Assembly: GCA_947458585.1 (NCBI GenBank)
Contig: CANGYY010000003.1
Location: forward strand, 17,363 to 81,362
Direction: 5' to 3'
Source: Cyclobacteriaceae bacterium
Lineage (GTDB): Bacteria > Bacteroidota > Bacteroidia > Cytophagales > Cyclobacteriaceae
Length of the DNA: 64,000 bases
The position numbers and the translations under genes were made by a program. Under the pieces are notes generated by a model. The model searched no databases. It was not told the DNA's origin and saw nothing but the letters and a program-made list of their open reading frames with translations. This document shows positions 18,084 through 28,429 of this stretch, piece by piece. Position 1 is the stretch's first letter. The number at the start of each line of letters is the position of its first letter.

Positions 18084-21023
18084 ATGATTGTTGATCCAGA
18101 TCAGCCTTTTCAGCTTGTATATTCAATTTACAGCCACGAATTTTTAGGCTTACTTTTTGAATCCTATGTAGTCCCATTAGATGATAAAGGGAGGCTTACC
18201 TATGCCTATCAAAATATAAGTTCTGCCAATGCTAAAGAATTTGATACAGGTCTAGAGGAACAAGATTACGAGTTGATCCGCCTGATGGACAGCATGCAGC
18301 AAGACGTGGTGGTCAAACCTTACATGAAAAAAGGGAACCTGAAGCCCAAAGAATTCCTCCGCAAAATTTTTGACCCAAAGACGGCTGACCCAACGATCCA
18401 GGAGCTGTTGTTCAAAAACTTAGAAATCAAACGGGCCAAGATTTTGCCCTTACTCATCGGGAAGCGTTTGTTTGAAACCGCTTCGGATGGCAACCCCACA
18501 GGCAAAGAAATTACTGTTCAGGCGGAGCCTGCTACAGTACTTTTTCACTTCGATAAAGGCGAATTCAATACCCAGTACTACCCCATTGTTAAGTTCCAGG
18601 GCCAAAAACTCAACTGGCAGCACAAGGGCGGCTATTTGGTCTGCAAAGAGCCCGCTTGGCTGGTAGTAAACCAGCAACTCTTTCATTTCGAAAAGGGCAT
18701 TGATGGCAAAAAATTACAACCCTTCCTGAGTAAAAATGCGATTCTGATCGAACGAAAGTTTGAACCCGAATATTACCGCAAATTTGTCACCTCCCTGATT
18801 ACCCAGTTTGAGGTAGTGGCCAAAGGATTTGATATTCACACCGAACAAGGAACTCCAGAAGCGCTCTTGGCTGTAAGTGGCTTGCCCGGCGGAGTATCTA
18901 CAGAAACTCTCTTTGGAGAGGAAATCTCCACCCCTGCCGAAGACATCATTGTTCTAGAGCCTCGATTTAAGTACGGAGAATTTGATTTTGGCACCCTCCT
19001 CCACGCCGGAGAAGGAAGTGGCAACTCCTGCCGCTACGAAGAAAAGGACGGCAATTTTACTTTTTTCAAAACCGTCCGTACCACCAAACTGGAAGAGCGC
19101 TACCTGACAATCCTGAAAAAAAATGGACTGGAGTTCCTGCACGGAAAAACAGCTCTTCCCAAAACTCAGGCTTTTGAGTGGCTCGGAAACAACGAGGATT
19201 ACCTCCGAGAAAATAAGATCAAGGTCGTTCAAAAAGGAGGGCTCAATGGAAAAACCTACCACATCGGTAGAGCCCAAATTACCATTGAAGTCAATGAAAA
19301 TATCGATTGGTTTGATGTCAAAGCACTGATCAAGTTCGGCATTTACCTGGTCCCCTTCGCCAAACTTCGAAAACTCCTCATTCAAGGCAAGCATGAGTTT
19401 GAGCTACCCAATGGGGAAATTGCCGTTATCCCTGCCTCATGGTTTGTCAACTATTCCGAGCTATTCAACTTCATCGAGGAACGCAGTGCGGAAGAGCTCG
19501 TTCTCCGAAAGCACCACCTGGCCTTTGCCAGAGAGCTGCAAAACGGGGAGCTGATTCGCCTCAATCTGAGCCTGAAGCTAGAGCGTCTTCGTAACTTTGA
19601 CGCCATTGACGACTATGCGCTGCCCGCTACCTTCAAAGGGTCCCTTCGTCCTTACCAAAATGCGGGTTACAACTGGCTCCGCTTTTTGAACGAATACCAG
19701 TTTGGTGGATGCCTCGCTGACGACATGGGTCTAGGTAAAACGGTACAAACCCTTGCGCTCCTAGCTTACGAAATGGAGGAAAATCCAGGCTTTGCTTCCC
19801 TGCTGGTGATGCCTACCTCCCTGATTTACAACTGGGAGTTGGAGGCCAAAAAGTTTGCTCCAGATCTCAAAATATTAGTGTATTCAGGCACGCAGCGAAA
19901 TAAGGATCCTTGGAAATTCCGAGGATACGATGTGGTCTTGACCTCCTATGGCATCGTCCGCATGGACATCGAGCAGCTTAGCCAGTTTTACTTCAACTAC
20001 GTGATCTTAGATGAATCTCAGGCCATCAAAAACCCGAGTTCCAATATCGCTACCGCTGTCAATAAACTGAAAAGCAAGCGCCGCCTTATCTTAACGGGTA
20101 CGCCGGTAGAAAATGGCACCATGGACCTCTGGTCCCAGATGAACTTTGTGAATCCAGGGCTGCTGGGCAACCAGCTGATCTTCAAAAAACAGTTTCTACA
20201 GCCCATTGAAAAGCAGCACGACCGAGAAAAAGCCTCTCGCTTGCATGCCATGATCAAGCCTTTTATCCTTCGCCGCCTAAAGTCTCAAGTAGCAAAAGAT
20301 CTTCCAGAGAAAATCACCAACGTGAAATACTCGGACATGACTGCTGCCCAAGAAAAAGTCTACGAGGAAGTAAAGAGCTATTACCGAGAAAAAATCATTG
20401 GAGAGCTGGCAGGTGCTGGTCGAGGGAGTCAACAGTTTACCCTCCTTCGCGGACTTACTCAGCTCCGGCAGATTGCCAATCACCCCAAACTAGTCCGAGA
20501 AGACTATACGGGAGAGTCTGGCAAGTTGGAAGACATCACCTACATGCTACAGGAAACCATCTCTGAGAACCACAAGGTGTTGGTCTTTAGCCAATTTGTA
20601 CGCCACTTGTCCATTGTTCGGGAGTTTTTGGATAGCGAAAAAATCCCCTATGCCTATTTGGATGGAGCTACCAGAGACCGTCAGGCTCAGGTGGAAAAAT
20701 TCCAAACCCAGGAGGAATGCAAGGTATTTTTGATTTCCCTCAAAGCTGGGGGCGTGGGATTAAACTTGACCAAGGCAGAGTATGTATTTCTCCTCGATCC
20801 TTGGTGGAATCCTGCCGTCGAAGCGCAGGCCATCGACCGAGCGCACCGCATTGGACAAGAGAATAAGGTGATCATCTACAAGTTTATCAGCCGTGGATCA
20901 GTAGAAGAAAAAATCATGGCGCTCCAAGACCGCAAACTTGCACTCGCAGGGGAGTTGATCAGCAATGAAGAAAGCTTCATGAAGAGCTTGGACAATGATG
21001 ACATCCGCGCATTACTGGACTAA
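18084..21023 (+). CDS. SNF2-family (SWI2/SNF2) ATPase/helicase
   Basis: LRPYQ, LADDMGLGKT, LDESQ, LTGTPVEN, SLKAGGVGLNL and WWNPAVEAQAIDRAHRIGQ motifs. Confidence 0.93.
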   Translation: MIVDPDQPFQLVYSIYSHEFLGLLFESYVVPLDDKGRLTYAYQNISSANAKEFDTGLEEQDYELIRLMDSMQQDVVVKPYMKKGNLKPKEFLRKIFDPKTADPTIQELLFKNLEIKRAKILPLLIGKRLFETASDGNPTGKEITVQAEPATVLFHFDKGEFNTQYYPIVKFQGQKLNWQHKGGYLVCKEPAWLVVNQQLFHFEKGIDGKKLQPFLSKNAILIERKFEPEYYRKFVTSLITQFEVVAKGFDIHTEQGTPEALLAVSGLPGGVSTETLFGEEISTPAEDIIVLEPRFKYGEFDFGTLLHAGEGSGNSCRYEEKDGNFTFFKTVRTTKLEERYLTILKKNGLEFLHGKTALPKTQAFEWLGNNEDYLRENKIKVVQKGGLNGKTYHIGRAQITIEVNENIDWFDVKALIKFGIYLVPFAKLRKLLIQGKHEFELPNGEIAVIPASWFVNYSELFNFIEERSAEELVLRKHHLAFARELQNGELIRLNLSLKLERLRNFDAIDDYALPATFKGSLRPYQNAGYNWLRFLNEYQFGGCLADDMGLGKTVQTLALLAYEMEENPGFASLLVMPTSLIYNWELEAKKFAPDLKILVYSGTQRNKDPWKFRGYDVVLTSYGIVRMDIEQLSQFYFNYVILDESQAIKNPSSNIATAVNKLKSKRRLILTGTPVENGTMDLWSQMNFVNPGLLGNQLIFKKQFLQPIEKQHDREKASRLHAMIKPFILRRLKSQVAKDLPEKITNVKYSDMTAAQEKVYEEVKSYYREKIIGELAGAGRGSQQFTLLRGLTQLRQIANHPKLVREDYTGESGKLEDITYMLQETISENHKVLVFSQFVRHLSIVREFLDSEKIPYAYLDGATRDRQAQVEKFQTQEECKVFLISLKAGGVGLNLTKAEYVFLLDPWWNPAVEAQAIDRAHRIGQENKVIIYKFISRGSVEEKIMALQDRKLALAGELISNEESFMKSLDNDDIRALLD

Positions 21024-21240
21024 ATAAATTCGCCTAGACTCCGGCATTTACCTACCCCAAACTGGGATTTCCACCTTAGTGGCTACCAATTTTTTCTGGC
21101 CTACGTTTTTATTCCTTTGATTGTCAGCTAAGTACTTTTTCTTTTAGATTTCTTAACCATAATTTATTGTAGAAATTGGCTACGAGATGGAGATATTTTT
21201 CTAAATTTTAGAAACGTTCATTCCAATCCTTTTCCTGCTG

Positions 21241-22587
21241 ATGCCTAAAGCCAAATCCGATAAAGACCGGAAAATCTTTGTACTGGATACCTCTGTAATC
21301 CTCTACACCCACAACTCCATCATGAATTTTGCCGAGCACGACGTGGTCATCCCGATCACCGTCCTGGAGGAGCTGGACCAATTCAAAAAAGGCAACGACA
21401 CCAAGAATTTTGAGGCCCGGGAATTTATCCGATTGCTGGATAAACTATCTCAAGACCACATGATCCACGAATGGACTCCTCTGAATGGTAAAACGAAGGG
21501 GAACTTCAAGGTCTTGATGAATCCCGACAATAACCTGAATGCCAACGTGATTTTCGGAGAGGAAAAGAACGACCACAAAATCTTAAATGCTGCCCTATAC
21601 CTGAAGCAGCATGAAAAGGACAGAAAGGTCATCCTCGTTTCCAAGGACATCAACCTTCGCCTAAAGGCAAAATCCCTAGATATCCTCGCAGAGGATTACG
21701 AGACTGGTAAAATCAAAAACATCGTCGAGCTCGAGAATACGGGCAAGTACCTCTTGGAAGACCTGGATCCCCTCGCCATCAATTCACTGTACGAACGCGG
21801 CTCCATTGAGGCGAAGGTGATTCTCGGTAATCGGAAACGAAAGGCGAATGCCTTCTACATCTTAAAGAGCCAAAAGCATTCGGTGCTGGCCTATTACAAC
21901 TCCGATGAAAATGTGTTGACTCGGGTTGACAAGCAGTTGGCCTACAACGTGAAACCCCGCAATGCCGAGCAGACCTTTGCCTTGCATGCCATCCTCAATC
22001 CACGCATCAAACTGGTGTCTATTCAAGGGGTGGCCGGAACAGGAAAAACCCTCCTTGCCCTTGCGGGAGCACTGGAGCAACGACGTGAATACAAACAAAT
22101 ATTCCTAGCTCGACCCATCGTACCCCTTTCCAACAAGGACATCGGATACCTTCCAGGCGACATCAAGTCCAAGCTCAATCCCTACATGGAGCCGCTTTGG
22201 GACAACTTGAAGTTTATCCAAAATCAATACAAGGAGACCGATAAGGAATACCAAAAAATCACTGAGCTGGTGAATCAAGAAAAGTTGGTCATTCAACCAC
22301 TCGCCTACATTCGGGGTAGGTCGCTGTCCAATATTTTCTTTATCGTGGATGAGGCCCAAAACCTCACCCCGCACGAAATCAAAACCATCATTTCTCGAGC
22401 GGGAGAAAATACCAAAATCATCTTTACAGGGGATGTGTTTCAAATTGACACCCCGTACCTTGATGCACAATCCAATGGGCTATCCTACCTCATCGATCGG
22501 GTCAAGGATCATCCACTCTACGCACACGTGAAACTGGAAAAAGGGGAACGTTCGGAACTTGCCAACCTGGCAAACGATTTACTTTAA
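21241..22587 (+). CDS. PIN-domain PhoH-family protein (PhoH2-like)
   Basis: N-terminal PIN domain (VLDTSV, EELD, NDHKIL, SKDINLR) plus PhoH ATPase (GVAGTGKT, GYLPGD, RGRS, DEAQN). Confidence 0.92.
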   Translation: MPKAKSDKDRKIFVLDTSVILYTHNSIMNFAEHDVVIPITVLEELDQFKKGNDTKNFEAREFIRLLDKLSQDHMIHEWTPLNGKTKGNFKVLMNPDNNLNANVIFGEEKNDHKILNAALYLKQHEKDRKVILVSKDINLRLKAKSLDILAEDYETGKIKNIVELENTGKYLLEDLDPLAINSLYERGSIEAKVILGNRKRKANAFYILKSQKHSVLAYYNSDENVLTRVDKQLAYNVKPRNAEQTFALHAILNPRIKLVSIQGVAGTGKTLLALAGALEQRREYKQIFLARPIVPLSNKDIGYLPGDIKSKLNPYMEPLWDNLKFIQNQYKETDKEYQKITELVNQEKLVIQPLAYIRGRSLSNIFFIVDEAQNLTPHEIKTIISRAGENTKIIFTGDVFQIDTPYLDAQSNGLSYLIDRVKDHPLYAHVKLEKGERSELANLANDLL

Positions 22588-22639
22588 GGATTTCAATTGG
22601 GAACGCCAAAAAAATCAGTTCCCCTAGCTTAATTTAGGC

Positions 22640-23059
22640 TCAGTTGGCTTCGGTATATTTTTTATACTGGTCGAGAATGGTTTGCCATCCTTGAGTTTGA
22701 AGCTTGATCGGGTTTTCAGTTTCGGCGTCAAAAATCACCTGAACTTGGGTATTCCCTTCTTTCTCGGTAAAGCTAACGTTGACTTCCCTTTCATCGGGCA
22801 GCTTGAAAGTAAATCCCTCTTCGGGCAACACTTCGGTGTAGGTGCCTTCAAAGTCAAACCCAATTTCTCCAAATTTGGCCTCCATACGGGTGAAATATTT
22901 TCCACCTACCACCAAGTCATTGCTCGCTTTGGGGCAATGCCACTGGTCAGAAGCAAAATTCCAATTGACAATGTGCTCAGGCAGGGTATAGTAATCCCAG
23001 GCCTTTTTCTTTTCTGCTGAAATTAGTGCGGTAACTGTAACTTTTTTAAAGGACGTCAT
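22640..23059 (-). CDS. SRPBCC/AHSA1-family protein
   Basis: WNFASDQWHCP, RMEAK, GFDFEG, FDAETEN and QGWQ motifs. Confidence 0.88.
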   Translation of the reverse strand: MTSFKKVTVTALISAEKKKAWDYYTLPEHIVNWNFASDQWHCPKASNDLVVGGKYFTRMEAKFGEIGFDFEGTYTEVLPEEGFTFKLPDEREVNVSFTEKEGNTQVQVIFDAETENPIKLQTQGWQTILDQYKKYTEAN

Positions 23060-23149
23060 GTGGTTTAAAGAGAATGGGTAAGTTAGCTACGCATCATTGC
23101 TTTGTGGCGTACTGTCTTAGAGAAGAGCTACTCCCTTACCGGTGAAGAA

Positions 23150-23565
23150 TTAGCTTTTCTCCGTATGGGATTTGTAATTAGTTAAAATAGATTGCCATCC
23201 AGATTGCTGAAGTTCCAAACTGTTCTCGTTTTCAGCATCAAAGACAATTTGGATCAAGGTTCCTTCAGGCAGATCACTAAACGTGATTTCGGCCTCTCGT
23301 TGATCCATGAACACATACTTGAGTTTTTCGAGTGGAACGATCTCGGTAAATTCTCCTTCAAAGTCAAAACCAAAACTTCCATCCTTCGCTTCCATCCGCC
23401 ATGAAAACTTTCCTCCAGATACCAAGTCATTGCTAGCAGCAGGGCAGCACCAGTCCTCAGAAGCAAATTCCATTGGGTAATGTGCTTGGGCTCGGTATAA
23501 TGGACCCAGGCTTTATTTCGGTCGGCTAATACGGCAGCCTGAATGGTAATTTTGGTAAAAGGCAT
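23150..23565 (-). pseudogene. Frameshifted SRPBCC/AHSA1-family paralogue (pseudogene or sequencing error)
   Basis: N-part MPFTKIT...HITQWN (frame of ORF 23254-23565) joins C-part FASEDWCCP...QSGWQ (frame of ORF 23150-23473); one T is missing relative to the neighbouring copy. Confidence 0.85.
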
Positions 23566-23634
23566 GTCCTCTTTTTTGAGATATAATAAAGTGAAGGTTG
23601 AGAAAACTCCAGCTTGAAACTGAAGCCTGCTTTC

Positions 23635-24369
23635 TTACAAACTCATCATTTCTTTGAAGCGTGCTGCCTGTCGGCGGCTGACTTCGATGCGATCTCCGCC
23701 CTTGAGCGTGACTACTAGACCGCCGTTAAACCAAGGTTCGATGGCCTCCACCCAGCCCAGGTTGATGATGTGCTTGCGGCTGGCTCGAAAAAAAGATTTT
23801 TCATCCAATCGCTCATCCAAGGCATTCAACGACTTGTGAATCATCGGCTTGAAGTTGTCAAAATAGACTTTGATGTAATTGCCATCCGACTCAAAAAGTC
23901 TCACATTGGAAAGTCGCACAAACCAGCAGCGGTCTCCATCTTTGACAAATACCTGATCCTCTAAGGTTAGTTTCTTTTGATTGACAAGTCCTTCCTGCTC
24001 TTCTCGTTTGGCGATGCCCTCCATTTTCCCCTGAAGCTTCAGTACAGCATCTTCCAAGCGCTTGGGCTCAATGGGTTTGAGGAGGTAGTCTAATGCATTG
24101 ACCTGAAATGCCTTCAGTGCATACTCGTCGTAAGCAGTAGTGAAGATGACGTGCGGCAAATTATCCAGTTCTTCCAAGAGGTCAAAGCCTGTTTTCTCCG
24201 GCATCTGAATGTCTAGAAATATGACGTCCGGCTGAAGCTGCTCAATCTTTTCTTTGGCGTCGTCCACATTCACTGCCTCTCCTACTACTTCCACTGTTTC
24301 CAGCTGATTCAACAAATTGATTAGCTCTTTGCGGGCTAGGCGTTCATCATCAATTACCAGGGCTCTCAT
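23635..24369 (-). CDS. LytTR-family response regulator
   Basis: DDE receiver, LDIQMP, TTAYD, KP motifs; LytTR FFRASRKHIINL...VSRR. Confidence 0.95.
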   Translation of the reverse strand: MRALVIDDERLARKELINLLNQLETVEVVGEAVNVDDAKEKIEQLQPDVIFLDIQMPEKTGFDLLEELDNLPHVIFTTAYDEYALKAFQVNALDYLLKPIEPKRLEDAVLKLQGKMEGIAKREEQEGLVNQKKLTLEDQVFVKDGDRCWFVRLSNVRLFESDGNYIKVYFDNFKPMIHKSLNALDERLDEKSFFRASRKHIINLGWVEAIEPWFNGGLVVTLKGGDRIEVSRRQAARFKEMMSL

Positions 24370-24383
24370 ATCAATTGGGTTAA

Positions 24384-25436
24384 TTAGTCTAAAGTAAGTC
24401 TTTGTTTCGGAATTTTAATTTCAGTGGTCACATATTGGCTTCCAGAGTTGAAGATTCGGAAGCTTGCCTTATCGCCATACAATAGTGCAAGGCGTTGTTG
24501 GGTATTGTCTATCCCATGCCCTTCCTCTTCTTTGCGCTTGCTGGCAGACTGGGCTTCGTAGTGTCCACTATTTTTCACTTGAATGTACAATTCATTCGCT
24601 AGTCCTTCTCGGCATTTTATCTCAATCAGCCCCCCTTTCACCAAGTTGGAGATGCCGTGCTTGATGGCATTTTCCACGATGGTCTGCAGCATCATTGGCG
24701 GGATCTTGTAGGAATACGCCGCTTCCTCAATATGGTATTCCACCTGAAGTCGTTCCTCAAATCGGATGGATTCCAGCGCCAAATAATCCTTGACCGTGTC
24801 CAACTCATCGGCCAAGTCAATCACCTGCTTTTTGTCCATCATCAGCGAAAACCGGAGCATGTTGGATATTTGGGTGATAGCCGACTTCGCCTTGACCGGA
24901 TTCTCATCGACTAGCGCACGAACGGAGTTTAAGGCATTGAAAATAAAATGGGGATTGAGTTGGCTCTTCAAATGATTGAGCCGGATCTCGTTGATCTTTG
25001 CTTCGTACCGAAGGGTAGTATTGTAGTTGTCCAAAAAGTGAAACACAAAATAGAGCAAGACCCAAAAGCCATAATAGAGTGAACTCACAAAGAGGTTTAC
25101 AGAAATCACCAGAGCGCGGAAATCAGCACCTGGATTGAGCGTGCCAAAAGCCAAATTGATCAGCACCTGGGCAAAAACATTACTAACCGCTAGGATGATG
25201 ACGGCAAGGATTACTTGGGCAAGCATTCGAAAAACCCCCAACTTAAACCAGCCGAAAGATTTAACTAGTAACCTAAAGGCATGTGTGGAAACTAAATAGA
25301 ATGCGGATAAGGCCACAAAGGCCCAAATTTGAAGGGGAGTAATCCCCTCCGATAAGGAAGCAAAAAACACATTGACAAAAGCAATGCTTCCCCAGCCCAA
25401 GACTTGCAATAGCCAATAGAGTGCGCTTCTGTTCAT
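24384..25436 (-). CDS. LytS-type membrane sensor histidine kinase
   Basis: Four TM segments; SQLNPHFIFNALN and VENAIKHG motifs. Confidence 0.93.
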   Translation of the reverse strand: MNRSALYWLLQVLGWGSIAFVNVFFASLSEGITPLQIWAFVALSAFYLVSTHAFRLLVKSFGWFKLGVFRMLAQVILAVIILAVSNVFAQVLINLAFGTLNPGADFRALVISVNLFVSSLYYGFWVLLYFVFHFLDNYNTTLRYEAKINEIRLNHLKSQLNPHFIFNALNSVRALVDENPVKAKSAITQISNMLRFSLMMDKKQVIDLADELDTVKDYLALESIRFEERLQVEYHIEEAAYSYKIPPMMLQTIVENAIKHGISNLVKGGLIEIKCREGLANELYIQVKNSGHYEAQSASKRKEEEGHGIDNTQQRLALLYGDKASFRIFNSGSQYVTTEIKIPKQRLTLD

Positions 25437-25515
25437 GCGTGAAAGTTAAGGAAGGAAGTCTAGGTTGACCTCCTATTTTGATAAGAGGGTGATTGGCTTG
25501 ATTTTAAGCCTATTT

Positions 25516-28347
25516 TCAGCGATGTAATTCCTGCTTCAAGAATCTTCCGGTATGACTTTGCGGATGGGCAGCCACTTGTTCAGGGCTTCCCTGCACTACT
25601 ACCGTGCCTCCTTTATTGCCTCCTTCTGGTCCCATATCGATCAGGTAATCGGCTACCTTGATTACATCCAAGTTGTGCTCGATCACCAAGACAGTATTGC
25701 CCTTATCCACCAATTTCTGGAGCACATTCATCAGCAAGTCAATGTCCTGAAAGTGCAAGCCCGTGGTGGGCTCATCCAGAATGTAGAAGGTCTTGCCCGT
25801 ATCCTTTTTGGACAGTTCCGTGGCCAACTTCACCCGCTGCGCCTCGCCTCCAGAAAGTGTGGTGGCATGCTGTCCCAAGGTAATGTAGCCCAAGCCCACC
25901 TCGCTCAGCGTCATGACCTTTCGAAGGATTTTGGGTTGAAATTCAAAGAATTCTACCGCCTGCTCCACGGTCATGTCGAGCACATCGGAAATAGACTTCC
26001 CCTTGAATCGTACCTCGAGGGTTTCTCGATTGTAGCGCTTGCCCTTGCAGGTCTCGCAAGGAATGTGAACATCGGGGAGAAAATCCATCTCCACCAACTT
26101 CATCCCTGCCCCTTCGCAATCTTCACAGCGCCCTCCTTTGACATTGAAAGAGAATCTGCCCGGCTTGTAGCCCCTGATTTTTGATTCCGGAAGCTCGGTA
26201 AAAAGCGTACGGATATCCGAAAACATGCCCGTGTAGGTCGCAGGATTGGATCTAGGGGTCCGACCAATGGGACTTTGATCCACTTCAATCACCTTATCCA
26301 ACTGCTTCAAGCCCTCAATGCGGTCAAAAGGCATGGGCTCCTTTTTGGAGTTGTAAAATTCGCGGTTCAGCAGGGGAAATAAGGTTTCGTGGATCAGCGT
26401 ACTTTTTCCACTACCCGACACTCCTGTCACCACAATCAAGGTTCCCAAAGGAAAGGATACCGTTACATTTTTCAGGTTATTGCCATGGGCGCCTTTCAAG
26501 ACCAACTGCTCTCCAGTTCCTGCTCTTCGGGTGCTTGGAATATCCAATCCCAATTTTCCTTGTAAGTACTGTGCAGTCACCGAGTCAGATTGAAGGATTT
26601 GGGCAGGAGGGCCTGCTGCGACCACATGACCTCCGTGTCTTCCTGCTCCAGGACCCATATCCACAATGTAGTCCGATTCGAGCATCATGTCCTTGTCGTG
26701 CTCCACCACCAGGACAGAGTTGCCCAGATCCCGAAGGCGTTTCAGCGCCTGGATTAATTTCACATTGTCTCGCTGGTGGAGGCCAATACTGGGTTCATCC
26801 AAGATATAGAGCACCCCGACAAGCTGGGTGCCAATCTGCGTAGCCAAACGAATGCGTTGGGCCTCTCCTCCTGAAAGCGTGCGCAGCGGTCTATTCAAGG
26901 AAAGGTAGTCCAAACCGATGTCGAGGAGAAAGCCGATACGCTTTCGGATTTCCTTGAGTACCTCGGCGCCAATGCGCTGCTGCTTTTCGGATAGGCGCGA
27001 TTCGAGTCCCTCAAACCAACTGGCAAGCCCCTGGATGTCCATCATGGCCAATTCCCCAATATGGGTGCCGTCCAACTTAAAATGGAGGGCCTCCTTCTTG
27101 AGTCTATAGCCCTGGCATTCCGGACAGGTTTTGGAAATGGTAAACTCCGCCACCCATTCCTGGATTTTGTCAGAGCTTCCCTCCTGATATTTTTGGAGAA
27201 AATTGATAATCCCCTCAAAGGTCGTGTTCCACTGGGTGCCGGGATACTTCACCGAATCGACAGCCACCTCAATCTTGTCCCCATACAAAAGCACCTCAAT
27301 TACCGCTTCAGGCAAGTCCTTGATTGGGGTACTCAGGCTGCATTTGTAATGTTTGAGTAGGGCTTCAATTTTTTTGAAGATCCAGATATCTCGGTACTCC
27401 CCAAGTGGGGCAATCCCTCCTCGGGTGATGCTCAGGCTGGGGTCAGGAAATATACTTTCACGGGTAATCTCTTCCATAATCCCCAGTCCATTGCAACTGG
27501 GGCAGGCGCCGTAGGGGGAGTTGAACGAAAAACTATTCGGTGCAGGCTCTTCGTAGGAAAGGCCTGTTTCAGGATCCATTAGGTATTTAGAGAAATAGTG
27601 AATCTCCCCATTTTCTTCCCGGATCATCAGCACCCCCTTGCCATGTTGCAAGGCCGACTTTAGGGATTGAGTGATTCGAAAACGGTCACTTTCTTCCGCG
27701 ACAATGCGGTCGATGACGATTTCAATGTCGTGGATTTTGTAGCGGTCCAACTGCATTTTGGGAGCCACTTCCAATACGACTCCATCCACCCGCACTTTGG
27801 AAAATCCCAACTTGCGCACCTGTTCAAAAAGCTCTCGGTAGTGTCCCTTTCGGCCTTTGACCACGGGGGCTAGGAGGTAGAGTTTTTTTCCAGCAAACTT
27901 GGTGAAAAGCTGTTCCAATATTTGATCCTCCGTCTGACGGATCATGGGCTTGCCGCTGTGATAAGAGAAGGCGTCTGCGGCTCGGGCATAGAGGAGACGC
28001 ATGAAATCGTAAATCTCCGTGACCGTGCCTACCGTGGATCTTGGGTTTTTGGAAGTGGTCTTTTGCTCAATCGCAATTACTGGTGAAAGACCATTGATTT
28101 TGTCCACATCGGGACGCTCCATCCCCCCCAAAAAAGATCGGGCATAGGCCGAGAAACTCTCCATGTACCTGCGCTGCCCCTCTGCATAAATGGTATCAAA
28201 TGCCAAGGAGCTTTTTCCACTACCACTCAAGCCCGTGACTACCACCACCTTGTTGCGGGGAATCTTCAGGTCAATGTTTTTTAGATTGTGCTCTCTGGCT
28301 CCAAATATTTCTAGGAATTCTTCCTGTACCGCAGGGGATTGGGTCAT
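25516..28347 (-). CDS. uvrA: Excinuclease ABC subunit A
   Basis: Two ABC ATPase domains (GLSGSGKS, GVSGSGKS, LSGGEAQR twice) and CxxC zinc fingers. Confidence 0.98.
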   Translation of the reverse strand: MTQSPAVQEEFLEIFGAREHNLKNIDLKIPRNKVVVVTGLSGSGKSSLAFDTIYAEGQRRYMESFSAYARSFLGGMERPDVDKINGLSPVIAIEQKTTSKNPRSTVGTVTEIYDFMRLLYARAADAFSYHSGKPMIRQTEDQILEQLFTKFAGKKLYLLAPVVKGRKGHYRELFEQVRKLGFSKVRVDGVVLEVAPKMQLDRYKIHDIEIVIDRIVAEESDRFRITQSLKSALQHGKGVLMIREENGEIHYFSKYLMDPETGLSYEEPAPNSFSFNSPYGACPSCNGLGIMEEITRESIFPDPSLSITRGGIAPLGEYRDIWIFKKIEALLKHYKCSLSTPIKDLPEAVIEVLLYGDKIEVAVDSVKYPGTQWNTTFEGIINFLQKYQEGSSDKIQEWVAEFTISKTCPECQGYRLKKEALHFKLDGTHIGELAMMDIQGLASWFEGLESRLSEKQQRIGAEVLKEIRKRIGFLLDIGLDYLSLNRPLRTLSGGEAQRIRLATQIGTQLVGVLYILDEPSIGLHQRDNVKLIQALKRLRDLGNSVLVVEHDKDMMLESDYIVDMGPGAGRHGGHVVAAGPPAQILQSDSVTAQYLQGKLGLDIPSTRRAGTGEQLVLKGAHGNNLKNVTVSFPLGTLIVVTGVSGSGKSTLIHETLFPLLNREFYNSKKEPMPFDRIEGLKQLDKVIEVDQSPIGRTPRSNPATYTGMFSDIRTLFTELPESKIRGYKPGRFSFNVKGGRCEDCEGAGMKLVEMDFLPDVHIPCETCKGKRYNRETLEVRFKGKSISDVLDMTVEQAVEFFEFQPKILRKVMTLSEVGLGYITLGQHATTLSGGEAQRVKLATELSKKDTGKTFYILDEPTTGLHFQDIDLLMNVLQKLVDKGNTVLVIEHNLDVIKVADYLIDMGPEGGNKGGTVVVQGSPEQVAAHPQSHTGRFLKQELHR

Positions 28348-28429
28348 GATTTTGCGAAAATTAGGAATCGGTGAAAGTACACTTTTTTTGGCGAAGGAAA
28401 AAGGTCAGGCAGAAGACTTCAATGGGAAG

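Noticed and set aside
18084-21023. SNF2 helicase as part of an anti-phage defence system
   Set aside because: No methylase, nuclease or other defence genes are adjacent; the context is housekeeping.
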